The notes beneath the pieces were generated by a model. It did no database searches. It was not told the DNA's origin and saw only the letters and a list, made by a program, of their open reading frames with translations. The position numbers and the translations under genes were made by a program. A stretch of 64,000 nt of DNA from Candidatus Latescibacterota bacterium (lineage in GTDB: Bacteria; Latescibacterota; UBA2968; GCA-2709665), in the NCBI GenBank assembly GCA_963667175.2, contig CAXXXF010000018.1, forward strand, positions 160,001 through 224,000. Reading direction: 5' to 3'. Below are positions 25,701 through 34,249 of the stretch, in pieces (the stretch's first letter is position 1; each line of letters begins with the position of its first letter).

Positions 25701-27441
25701 CCGCCAGCACCGGTTCATTCGGATCGTTGCTGTACAGCGTGAGTTCCGCCCGATGCATTCCCGTCTGTGCCGGGCGGAATACGACGTCGACGCTCTGTCG
25801 TTGGCTCGACGGGATACGCAGTGTGTCGTCCATGCTGACGGAGAATTGTACCGAGTCCGTCAGTTCGGCGCCGAAGACGGTCAGTACTCCGGCGCCCAGG
25901 TTTGAGACGCGGAGGACCGATGGCTGCTCGCGGCCGACGAACGTCCGGTCGAACACGATGCGTTCGGGAAAGACGCCGATATCCGGCGCCGCGCCGGTAC
26001 CCGAAAGAGGGAGGGTGAGGGTGGGGCGCCATGGGTCGTCGGTATCCATGGTCAGTGTTCCCTGCACGGGGCCTTCGTCCGTCGGACTGAATCCTAACCG
26101 GATTTCGACTTCCCCGGCCGGATCGACTTCGATCGGAAATGCGTCCAGGACGATGAATTCTTCCCGATTGGTGTTCGCGCCGGCCAGCGTGAGGGTGCGT
26201 CTGCCCGCGTTTCCGATGGGTAACGAGCGCGTCTCAAGATCTTTCACGACGACAGCGCCGAAATCGACACGGGTGGCGGTCAGACGGAGAACGGGCGACT
26301 GAAAGGCGGGGTCGAAGAGTTTGCGGACGCGGCCATTGCCCGTGTCCACGATGAGGAGGTCGCCGTCACGGTCGAGGACCACGCGGGAGGGCTCCCGGAG
26401 TTCGGCGAGCGCGGCGGGCCCGCCGTCGCCGGCGGCCCCGAAATTGCCCGTACCCGCAAGGGTGAAGATAATCCCGGCGCCGGGATCCACGGCGCGTACG
26501 CGGTTGTTGCCGGTATCCGATATATAGAGGGTCCCGTCGGCGCCGACGGCCACACCGCCGGGCAGATCGAGACGGGCGTCGGGCGCCGGTCCGCCGTCGC
26601 CCGAGAAAGCGCCTCCGCCGCCGAAGACGGGCCCGCGGCCGGCTACGGTGGTGATGATGCCCGTTTCCGCGTCCACGCGGCGAATCCGATAATTGTTGAA
26701 ATCGGCGATGAAGACGTTTCCGGAGGCGTCCACCGCAATGTCTTCTACGGTCAGGCCGGCCTCGACCGCCAGCCCGTCGTCGCCGCCGAACGAGAAATCG
26801 CCGTCGCCTGCAAGGGTGGTGATCGCGCCGCTTTCCAGATCGATTCTGCGGACCCGGTTGTTCCCGCGGGCCTGTCCGTCCAATCCGTCCGCGATATAGA
26901 GTCCGCCGCGGGGGCCCGCAGCCAGTGCGACAATTTCCCCGAATACGGCGGCGGCTGCCGGCCCGTCGTCCCCGTCAAAACCGAACGTTCCGTTGCCGGC
27001 GATCGTGGTGATGTTCCCCGTGACGGCGTCGATACGCCGGATGCGCCGGTTGCCGGTATCGCCGATGTAAATGTTGCCGGCGTCGTCAACCGCAACACCC
27101 TGGGGCCTTTCCAGTCGGGCCTGGACGGCGGGTCCGCCGTCTCCCGTAAACCCGGCTGCCCCGGCGCCGGCGACGGTCGTGATGCGTCCCGTGACCGCAT
27201 CCACCCTGCGGATGCGGTGGGCGCCCGTGTCCGCAATGTAGACGTGGCCGTCGGCGTCGGCGGCGACGCCCAGGGGGAGGCTCAGGGCAAGATCGGTCGC
27301 GGGGATATCCTCGCCTTCCCGGTTCCCTCCGCCTGCAATGGTGATCAGGGCGCCCCGTTCCTGAGCGAACGATACGTCCGCCAATGCGAGCAGTGCGCAG
27401 AATAGAAACAGAGTTCCGTGTGTTTTCCGAATGAAGCGCAT
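22723..27441 (-). CDS. Giant secreted repeat protein: NHL propeller, 2 Ig/ASH-like domains, FG-GAP/VCBS plus ASPIC-UnbV, Big-like, second NHL propeller, Pro linker, dockerin-like EF-hand
   Basis: Signal peptide ..VSFA/QE; YIADTGNHRIR repeats; WADYDGDGDPDLYV repeats; AIGTRV..GGGSYLSQD..FGLG..IRWPSG; ADFNDDGAVDFADFILFAQAYG. Confidence 0.9.
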   Translation of the reverse strand: MRFIRKTHGTLFLFCALLALADVSFAQERGALITIAGGGNREGEDIPATDLALSLPLGVAADADGHVYIADTGAHRIRRVDAVTGRITTVAGAGAAGFTGDGGPAVQARLERPQGVAVDDAGNIYIGDTGNRRIRRIDAVTGNITTIAGNGTFGFDGDDGPAAAAVFGEIVALAAGPRGGLYIADGLDGQARGNNRVRRIDLESGAITTLAGDGDFSFGGDDGLAVEAGLTVEDIAVDASGNVFIADFNNYRIRRVDAETGIITTVAGRGPVFGGGGAFSGDGGPAPDARLDLPGGVAVGADGTLYISDTGNNRVRAVDPGAGIIFTLAGTGNFGAAGDGGPAALAELREPSRVVLDRDGDLLIVDTGNGRVRKLFDPAFQSPVLRLTATRVDFGAVVVKDLETRSLPIGNAGRRTLTLAGANTNREEFIVLDAFPIEVDPAGEVEIRLGFSPTDEGPVQGTLTMDTDDPWRPTLTLPLSGTGAAPDIGVFPERIVFDRTFVGREQPSVLRVSNLGAGVLTVFGAELTDSVQFSVSMDDTLRIPSSQRQSVDVVFRPAQTGMHRAELTLYSNDPNEPVLAVPLEGFGRESRPGGFIDVAGDRGVSDQGASFGAAWADYDGDGDPDLYVARSLQPNLLYRNDGGGFAELARRAGVADDGDGSAAAWADFDRDGDLDLYVTNFGQPNRLYRNDGGGFTEIAAQVGVDDGGDGYGAAWADVEGDGDPDLYVANFGENRFYRNEGDRFVEAAAETGLDDANSSLQPAWADYDDDGDADLFLANSGPNRLFRNDGGTFVDAASDAGLEELGLGGPSFGASWGDFDNDGDMDLFVTYFGEGNRLYVNTDGRFEEASSRFNVAGPDTVDSRGAVWGDFDNDGDQDLYVSNAGEKNNLYLNDGGTFNDVADSFRVAVGANSRGVALADFDGDGGPDIFVAVQDGADRLYRNQEFNGNWLAVRPRATRSSPDAIGTRVEIVFDGTPAIREISGGGSYLSQDALTAAFGLGDADRVDTLTIRWPSGIAQRLRNIPANTVLELTETAPPPPVRVALDAAAPALAANGEAQTRIRARILDARNEVALVNNRHLVFNVSSGDGAFVPGDTALVRDGLASVLFQAGATPGDVFASARFGGLPPGEIRITLLPPIGPDHTPIRTLAGTGGSQSSFGGDGGPAVLAFLNGPRGVAATAAGALYIADSGNNRVRRVGPDGTIHTIAGDGIGISIGAGGPAIEASLGDPRGLALTPGRDLIVGEVSGHIVRRIDLSSENIVAFAGRDIPGYGGDGRAAVDANLSGPVGVASDPSGNVWIAERFNHRVRKVDAGGIITTVAGSFQEGYAGDGGQATMAALNGPEGVAVDSRGRLYIADTGNHRIRMVDAEGVISTVAGTGEAGFSGDGGPGSTAILNGPVDVAVDNNGYLYIADTGNHRIRVLDLNLGIIQTVAGTGFPGFNQDEGAGTETSMNSPSGIATGPDGGVYIADTNNNSILQLTVTYPSDYQREPPPVPPPPPPPPSPDGAADFNDDGAVDFADFILFAQAYGSADARFDLDGNGTVGFGDFISFVTAFEQTPPSTRFRPESRF

Positions 27442-27492
27442 AGATTGGATTCGGGCGAAAACGTGTTTGGCGTTGCCCGGCTGGCGACGGGA

Positions 27493-28494
27493 TCAACGTC
27501 CTTCGAAGAGGTCCCGACCCCTGACCAGGGCTTCGATCTTGCGATCGGCAACGCTGCGTTGGAGCATCCAGAAACCGCAGTCGGGATGGACGCAGGCGAT
27601 GCGATCAGACCCGAGATGGCGTGCCGCGGCTTCGATGTCGGACGCAATTTCGTCCGGCGTCTCCACAATGTTGTTCTTTATGTCGATCACACCGATCCCG
27701 ATCCGTACCGATTCGGGAACGTCCTTCAGGCATTCGGCGTGTTCGATGCCCCAGCGTTTGAATTCGAGCACAAGATGGTCCGCCCTCAGTGCGGCGAGGT
27801 ATGGAATCAGGTCCTGCCATGTCCCGCGCTGAACGGTCTGGCCGCCGTAATTCCCGAAGCAGACGTGTACGGCTTTTTCATGCGGAACGGCATCGAGCAC
27901 GGTGTTTGCCGCCCTGGCGGCCCAAACGGCTTCTTCGGGGTGACCGGGGATATTGGCTTCGTCGATCTGTATCACCTCCGCGTCGACGTCGGCAACCTGT
28001 CTGGCGAGGACTTCACCCAGGGCCAGCGCCGCGGCCGCCGGGTCCCCGTAGTAGCGATCCATGAGGACTTTGCTGAGCATGTGGGGCCCGGTGAGGGTGA
28101 ACTTGATCGCCGACCGGGTCAGGGGCCGGACCATCCGGAAGTCCCCGGGCAGATTGAGTGTGCCTTCGTCGAGTTCGCGTTCGATCATGCCCGCGGGATC
28201 CGCGCGATAGGAAAGGCCGGCCTCCGTGCGAAATGCATTCAGGTCCTCTCGCCCGAATCGGGTCGTAATACCGCCCAATCTCTGCGCGAAGTAGTCAATC
28301 ATGCCGTTGGTTTCGGGATGATTGACGTCGAAACGGCAGAGTTCGCCGTCCGCGACAACGTCGATTCCCGCGTCTTCCTGGGTCTTCAATACGACACGAA
28401 CGGCATCGATCAGCGCCTGCCGGGACGGAGAGGCCCGCAGCCAGTCCGGTACGGGATAACTTCCAACGACGGTGGTGAGAATGCGGTGGGACAT
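27493..28494 (-). CDS. Cobalamin-independent methionine synthase II (core MetE-like) family protein
   Basis: TTVVGSYPVP, QEDAGIDVVADGE, QIDEA, Zn ligands HVCFGN, LEF, PDCG. Confidence 0.9.
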   Translation of the reverse strand: MSHRILTTVVGSYPVPDWLRASPSRQALIDAVRVVLKTQEDAGIDVVADGELCRFDVNHPETNGMIDYFAQRLGGITTRFGREDLNAFRTEAGLSYRADPAGMIERELDEGTLNLPGDFRMVRPLTRSAIKFTLTGPHMLSKVLMDRYYGDPAAAALALGEVLARQVADVDAEVIQIDEANIPGHPEEAVWAARAANTVLDAVPHEKAVHVCFGNYGGQTVQRGTWQDLIPYLAALRADHLVLEFKRWGIEHAECLKDVPESVRIGIGVIDIKNNIVETPDEIASDIEAAARHLGSDRIACVHPDCGFWMLQRSVADRKIEALVRGRDLFEGR

Positions 28495-28526
28495 GGTTGA
28501 GGAATTCGCGGGGAATCCGGCACAGA

Positions 28527-29741
28527 TCACTTGCGTAAGGATTGATCGTCGCCGGGTTGTCGGGGTCTAAATTCCTGGCGGATCGCCTCCAGTCTGTTGC
28601 GGTTCGCCGGATCGGGACTCCGGACGGCTTCGAGCAGGAACACGACCAGAATGCTCAGAAGCATGCTCAGACCGGCCGCAGTAACGACCATCAGCGCGCG
28701 CCGGGGTCGGCTCCGGTAATCGGGCGGCACAGCCGGGTCGAGAACCACGACCAGGGAGGTTTCCTTCTTCTCTTCGAAACTGCTTTTTTCGTACTCCTGC
28801 AGCAGGAATTGATAGACAAGGTTCCGAATCTCCATTTCGCGCATGTGTCGCAGGGCCTGCAGCCCCAGGTCGGGGATCTGATCCATCGGTAGCATGATGC
28901 CCGGCAAATCGCGACCTGCGCCGCCGCTGCTGTCCGGCCGCGATCCCGAGAGAATGCCGTGCAGCGCTTCTTTCGCGCCTTCGATCTCGATATCGAGTTG
29001 CCTGACTCTGCTGTTGTCGGGATTCATCTGGAGAGCGGCAATTTCGCGTCGGATCTTCATTTCGCCCAGCGTTGAGGCGATGAGGGAGAAGTAGGCGTCG
29101 ATCTGCGCCTTGGTCTGGCTCTCTACGTCTACGGCCGAATGTTCCTTCTGAAACGCATTGTAGGCCTGTTCTGCCTCGATCATGCTCCTTTCGGCCTGGG
29201 CGAGGCGTTTTTCCAGGTAACTGCGGAGGTCGCGCGCCTGTTGTTCGCGGCGGTGCCGCAGCGCAAGATCGAGTTCCTCGACGAAGGCATTGGCGATTTC
29301 GGCGGCCCGTTCTGGAGTTTCAGCCTCGTAGGACACGGTCAGGAACTGTTCCCGCGAGAGTTCCACGTCCAGCCGGTCATCGACCATCTGGAGGAGTTCC
29401 TCGCGGGTTTCGGCCTCGTACGCTTCATGAAGATTGAAACGGCGGATGATCGCCTGGGCCACCCGCTGGCTCTTGAGGATAGGTACGAATTCCGTGGCCG
29501 AAACCACGCTTTCCCCCATGCCCAGCATACCCACCGGCAGTTTTTCGAGAATGGCGGAAATTCCCAGCGTTCCCTGGCTCTCGCTGGGCGGAAAAAGCAC
29601 GGCGCTCGCCCGGTAGACCGGAGTCATGATCAGACTGACGCCGGCCGTCGCGACGGATACGGTGAGGCAGGTGACGAATATCGTTCGACGCCAGCGTACA
29701 AGGACGGCCAAGTGGTCGAGGAAGTTCTTTTCGGGTTCCAT
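28527..29741 (-). CDS. Polysaccharide chain-length determinant (Wzz/GumC family)
   Basis: N-term TM plus PVYRASA, coiled coils, VLDPAVPP..SRPRR plus C-term TM. Confidence 0.88.
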   Translation of the reverse strand: MEPEKNFLDHLAVLVRWRRTIFVTCLTVSVATAGVSLIMTPVYRASAVLFPPSESQGTLGISAILEKLPVGMLGMGESVVSATEFVPILKSQRVAQAIIRRFNLHEAYEAETREELLQMVDDRLDVELSREQFLTVSYEAETPERAAEIANAFVEELDLALRHRREQQARDLRSYLEKRLAQAERSMIEAEQAYNAFQKEHSAVDVESQTKAQIDAYFSLIASTLGEMKIRREIAALQMNPDNSRVRQLDIEIEGAKEALHGILSGSRPDSSGGAGRDLPGIMLPMDQIPDLGLQALRHMREMEIRNLVYQFLLQEYEKSSFEEKKETSLVVVLDPAVPPDYRSRPRRALMVVTAAGLSMLLSILVVFLLEAVRSPDPANRNRLEAIRQEFRPRQPGDDQSLRK

Positions 29742-31420
29742 TAACGACTGATGCTCCGTACTGCGATGACCAGCGCGGCCACCTGCGAGAGTACGACCAG
29801 CGTTTCCCGGAAGAGGCGCCAGCCGTGCACGGGTTTCCTGCCCATGACAAAAATCGTGTCTCCTGGATTGACCTGTTGAATCCTTGAGGCCTTTGTCCAG
29901 TTTCCCGTGCTGCCCTGTATCACGTATATTTCGCCCTTCTCTGCCTGTTCATTCAACCCGCCGGCCCTGCTGATGTAGTCCTGGACGTCGAGATGCGGTT
30001 CGTAGGGAATCGCGCCGGGGGTGATGACGTATCCGTTGACCGCAACCGAGGGAACCAGCCTCGGTATCCGGACGATATCTCCGTCTCTGAGCATGATGTT
30101 CTGAGAATCGTCCTCTCTCTCGAAAAGAGCGGCAAAGTCTACCGGCAGGCGCCCCGACATCTGCTGTTTCTGCATGGCCATATAGGTCCGCTGGGCGTCG
30201 GTCAGGCTGATGGGGCCAACGCTCTGCAATTGCTTCGGAGCGGCGACGCCCGTCGGAAACTCGACGCGGCGGACCACGATGGATTGGGCGAGGGAGGCTT
30301 TGGACGTGAATCCGCCGGCCTTCCGGATCAGTTCTTTCAACGTCATCCCCGAACCGATGAAATAGGATCCGGGGAAATAGACTTCGCCTTCCACGGTGAC
30401 CCGGCGCTCCGTTACGGCCACGTGGAGTTTGTCTCCGGCGCGCAGGGGCAGGTTGGCATCCACGTCGCCGGCCAGCGCGTGCGAGAGGCGGACGGCGTTC
30501 CGTTCTTCGCGCCCTTCCGCGAAGAACGTGCGGAGCAGTTCGGCGCTGGCGGTGGCGTCGTCGCCGTTCAACCCCCCCGCGAGCGCAATCAGATCGGAAA
30601 CGCGATCCCCGGGGATGAATTCGTAGCTGCCGGGATTATAGACCGCGCCAGAGACACGCACCGAGTCCACCAGCGCGGGCACAAAGATCTGGTCTCCATC
30701 CAGCAGGAAGGGGTTGTGGGCGATATCGCCCGAAAGCCGCCACAACGCAAGGTCCGCTCTGCGTTCCGTATCCATCGGCCTGCCGAGTTCGGAAAGCCGC
30801 TGAATCTGAATATTCCGGCGCGAAGCCCTGCCGTCGGGAGGCTTGAGCAGCCCGCCCGCCTGGCTGATGAGTTCGGAAACCTGTTCGGTGCCTTCCACCA
30901 TGTAAGTGCCCGGATGCGCCACCTGGCCGACGACGTTGACCGGAAAACTGCGCAGCCGCGCAAGAGAGATCCGGATATCGAGCTGGTTCAGGCGCTCGCT
31001 GATCGCGCCCTGAATCTTCCGCCGGCACGCGCCGAGGTCGAGTCCGGCCAGCTGGATGGCGCCCACGTACGGGATCACCAGTTTGCCTTCCGCGCCGACA
31101 AGCACCGGGAGCGTGACGGGCTCCTCGCCGGCCTCGATATGGATGCTGAAGGTATCGCCGGGACCGACGATGTAGCGCTCGGAGCGAATGATCGCGTCGT
31201 AAGCGATCTTCCCGATCCATTTCACGTCCAGACCCTGCGTCTCGTCCGACTGAAGCGATGCGCCGATCGATTTTCGGTCGGACCTTCGCCGGCCCACGTC
31301 CCGTCCCGGACGGGTTTGCGCGAAGAGGATGACGGGTTCGGAGATCAGCCCGACGACGAGCGCGACCGCAACCAGCCGAAAGGCGAGAGACGGATTGCGA
31401 TAAGAGAAAAACCCTGTCAT
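29741..31420 (-). CDS. Polysaccharide export protein with SLBB repeats (Wza/KpsD-like)
   Basis: YIVGPGD, IPYVGAI, repeated V.G.V..PG.Y and AGG motifs. Confidence 0.88.
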   Translation of the reverse strand: MTGFFSYRNPSLAFRLVAVALVVGLISEPVILFAQTRPGRDVGRRRSDRKSIGASLQSDETQGLDVKWIGKIAYDAIIRSERYIVGPGDTFSIHIEAGEEPVTLPVLVGAEGKLVIPYVGAIQLAGLDLGACRRKIQGAISERLNQLDIRISLARLRSFPVNVVGQVAHPGTYMVEGTEQVSELISQAGGLLKPPDGRASRRNIQIQRLSELGRPMDTERRADLALWRLSGDIAHNPFLLDGDQIFVPALVDSVRVSGAVYNPGSYEFIPGDRVSDLIALAGGLNGDDATASAELLRTFFAEGREERNAVRLSHALAGDVDANLPLRAGDKLHVAVTERRVTVEGEVYFPGSYFIGSGMTLKELIRKAGGFTSKASLAQSIVVRRVEFPTGVAAPKQLQSVGPISLTDAQRTYMAMQKQQMSGRLPVDFAALFEREDDSQNIMLRDGDIVRIPRLVPSVAVNGYVITPGAIPYEPHLDVQDYISRAGGLNEQAEKGEIYVIQGSTGNWTKASRIQQVNPGDTIFVMGRKPVHGWRLFRETLVVLSQVAALVIAVRSISR

Positions 31421-32319
31421 TCCGTGGTTGCCCCGTCTTTATCGACCCGCAGGACGGCAGTGTCGACCTGCATGTTCCGTCGCGCCCATGCGTTTTTCAT
31501 GGCCGTCGCAATATTCGGTGCGTCGTCGGTCGCAAAAGCAAGCAACGTCGGACCGGCGCCGCTGAGGCAGGCGCCCATGGCTCCCGCGTCTTCGGCTGCC
31601 TTGAGCACTTCTTCGATTCCCGGCACGAGGGAAGCCCGGTATGGCTGATGGAGGCGGTCGCGCATCGCGGATCTCAGAGCGCGAAGCTCTCCGCTCATCA
31701 GCGCTGCCGTCACGAGACACGCGCGGCCCACGTTGAAGACCGCGTCCCGGTGCGGCACCTGTTCCGGCAGGGCCGCGCGCGCGGCTTCCGTTTCGAGTTC
31801 GAAGCGGGGAACCGCGACCACCGCGCGAAGTTCCCGCGGCGGCAGGGCCCGGATCGTATCGACCCGACCGTTTTCACGGGAACAGACGACCAGACCGCCC
31901 AGGAGGCACGGCGCGACGTTATCGGGATGGCCTTCCAGTTCGGTGGCGAGGTCGAGAAGGGCGGGTTTGGAAAAGGGCTCTCCCATCAGCAGATTGGCCG
32001 CATAGACGCCGGCTACGATCGCGGTGGAACTGCTGCCCAGTCCGCGCGAGAGCGGAATGCCGTTGTTCATCTCGACTTCCAGGTCCGGCAGGGACCGGCC
32101 GGCCCGTTGTGCGGCCGCGTCGACCGACCGGAAGAAGAGGTTGGACGCGTCCACAGGGAGCTTCCCGGCGCCTTCCCCAGTGATGCGCATGCGACGATGC
32201 CCGTTGCCGGCCACCGTCCGAACCGCAATCCGGTTGTAGACGGTCAGCGCAAGGCCGAGGGCGTCGAAGCCGGGACCCAGGTTGGACGTGGAGCCGGGCG
32301 TTCTCAGGCGTATTTCCAT
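31417..32319 (-). CDS. thrB: Homoserine kinase
   Basis: PGSTSNLGPGFDALGLAL, IPLSRGLGSSS, EGHPDNVAP, DRLHQPYR, LSGAGPT. Confidence 0.97.
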   Translation of the reverse strand: MEIRLRTPGSTSNLGPGFDALGLALTVYNRIAVRTVAGNGHRRMRITGEGAGKLPVDASNLFFRSVDAAAQRAGRSLPDLEVEMNNGIPLSRGLGSSSTAIVAGVYAANLLMGEPFSKPALLDLATELEGHPDNVAPCLLGGLVVCSRENGRVDTIRALPPRELRAVVAVPRFELETEAARAALPEQVPHRDAVFNVGRACLVTAALMSGELRALRSAMRDRLHQPYRASLVPGIEEVLKAAEDAGAMGACLSGAGPTLLAFATDDAPNIATAMKNAWARRNMQVDTAVLRVDKDGATTE

Positions 32320-33422
32320 TCCATCTCACTGACCAGTTCCGCGCTGACAAGATCCGCCAGCAGGAGTCCGCGGCGGGTGAGGCGGACCCTGCCCTCTCTC
32401 CGTTCCAGGAGATGATCGGGAATCAGGGCGATCGTTCTGCCTGCCGTGTCCAGAAGCGATTCGGGAATGCCATGGGTTCGGCGGAGGCCAAGCATCACCT
32501 GTTCCAGGCGCCTGTCGCGGGAGGAAATACGTTCCTCCCCTTCAACGGCGGCGCCAGACGACTCCACACTCCCTATATACGCCATGAGAGGGCGGATGTT
32601 CCAGGTCCGCCGGTCGTTGAAGAAGGAATGGGCGGAAAGCCCGACGCCAAGGTACGCGCGCCTTTCCCAGCAGGCGATATTGTGACGGCATGCAAAACCG
32701 GGTTGCGCGAAGTTCGAGACTTCGTACTGAACGAAACCGGCCCGGCACAGCTTCTCCTGGGCGGTCTCGTACATCTCGGCCTGAGCATCCTCGTGAGGCA
32801 GCTGCAGGCGGTTTTTCTTCATTCTGCGGCCAAATGCCGTGCCGGGTTCGACGGTGAGCCCGTACACGGAGACATGCTCGGGCCCGAGGTCGATGGTTCG
32901 ATCCAGGGTCTGTCCCCAGGCGTGAGCCGTCTGTCGCGGCGCGGAGAACATCAGGTCGATATTGATATTGCTGAAGCCGGCCCGGCGTGCGGCGCCGACG
33001 GCCGCAGCGGCGTCGGCGACAGTGTGACGCCTGCCCAGGGCCCGTAGCGCGGGGTTGTCCAGGGCCTGTACGCCCAGGCTGAGCCGATTCATGCCCATGG
33101 CCGCCAGCTCCGGAAACCGCGAATGGTCTTCGGGATTGGCTTCAGCGCTGATCTCCGCTTTCGGCGCGACGTGCGACAGCGAGCGGGCGGCATCCAGGAT
33201 TCGACGCAACGCTTCCGGCGGCATTTCCGAAGGCGTGCCGCCGCCGAAATAGACCGTATCGAAAACCGTGCGCCCGCCCATCCGGGGGAGGCGAGTCCGA
33301 AACTCGCGGATGACCGCGTCCGTATACCGTTCCGCCAGGCGCGTCTTGCCCACGTAAAAAGCGAAATCGCAATAAGGACACCTGGATTTGCAGAACGGAA
33401 CGTGGATATAGAGACCGGACAT
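32304..33422 (-). CDS. hemW: Radical SAM heme chaperone HemW
   Basis: LYIHVPFCKSRCPYCDF, YFGGGTPS, YEVSNF, CRHN; in the lepA operon. Confidence 0.9.
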   Translation of the reverse strand: MSGLYIHVPFCKSRCPYCDFAFYVGKTRLAERYTDAVIREFRTRLPRMGGRTVFDTVYFGGGTPSEMPPEALRRILDAARSLSHVAPKAEISAEANPEDHSRFPELAAMGMNRLSLGVQALDNPALRALGRRHTVADAAAAVGAARRAGFSNINIDLMFSAPRQTAHAWGQTLDRTIDLGPEHVSVYGLTVEPGTAFGRRMKKNRLQLPHEDAQAEMYETAQEKLCRAGFVQYEVSNFAQPGFACRHNIACWERRAYLGVGLSAHSFFNDRRTWNIRPLMAYIGSVESSGAAVEGEERISSRDRRLEQVMLGLRRTHGIPESLLDTAGRTIALIPDHLLERREGRVRLTRRGLLLADLVSAELVSEMEWKYA

Positions 33423-33456
33423 AAGCGTTGGAAACGCATGGAGCCGCGAACGGACT

Positions 33457-34218
33457 TTATTTAACCGTCCGCCCGATTCGGCTCCATCGTGCGCGCCCGA
33501 ATCCGTGTATCAGGTTGTATAGAGCCATTTGGGGAACTGAAAGGACGTTCTCGAACTTCGGCGCCTCGGGGTCAGGCGCCCACGACCAGTAGATGACGTT
33601 CGCCTTCGCCCGGATACGCTCTTTCTCCAGGAAACTCCAGTATCGGCTGTCCTCGCTGTTGTCCCGGTTGTCTCCCATCACGAAATAGTGCCCCGCGGGC
33701 ACTCTCCTGAGGCGCATGTTGTCGCGAATGCCGCCGGGCGACGAAACGGGCAGGATGATGGGATCCACGTATTTGGACAACGGCGGATCGATCGTGCGCT
33801 TTCCGTCCACGTAGAGGATCTTGTCGCGGATTTCGACCTCCTGACCGGGCACGGCCACCACGCGCTTGATAAAGTCCCGGGCCGGGTTTCTCGGGTACTC
33901 GAAAATGACGATATCGCCGGGTTCGGGATCTCTGAACCCTGGAATCCGTGCCTTCGTAAAGGGGATTTTGGCGCCGTAGACGATTTTGTTCGCCAGAAGA
34001 AAGTCGCCCACAAGGAGCGTGTTCTCCATGGAGCCCGTGGGAATGCTGAAGGCCTGAACCACAAAGGTTCTCAGAAAAAGCGCCAGGGCAACGGCCAACA
34101 GAATGGCTTCGAGGTATTCTCTGGCCACGGATTTTTTCCCTCGGCGGGTTCTTCGTGTACGCCCTTTCCTGGTCGGGGCCTTTTTTGCGGCCCGTGTGCG
34201 TCGTGCGGATTTGCCCAT
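33457..34218 (-). CDS. lepB: Signal peptidase I
   Basis: IPTGSMENTL, FIKRVV, GDNRDNSEDSRYW; follows lepA. Confidence 0.97.
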   Translation of the reverse strand: MGKSARRTRAAKKAPTRKGRTRRTRRGKKSVAREYLEAILLAVALALFLRTFVVQAFSIPTGSMENTLLVGDFLLANKIVYGAKIPFTKARIPGFRDPEPGDIVIFEYPRNPARDFIKRVVAVPGQEVEIRDKILYVDGKRTIDPPLSKYVDPIILPVSSPGGIRDNMRLRRVPAGHYFVMGDNRDNSEDSRYWSFLEKERIRAKANVIYWSWAPDPEAPKFENVLSVPQMALYNLIHGFGRARWSRIGRTVK

Positions 34219-34249
34219 TTGTCCGGTATCGTCGCTCGGTTGGTGTCCC

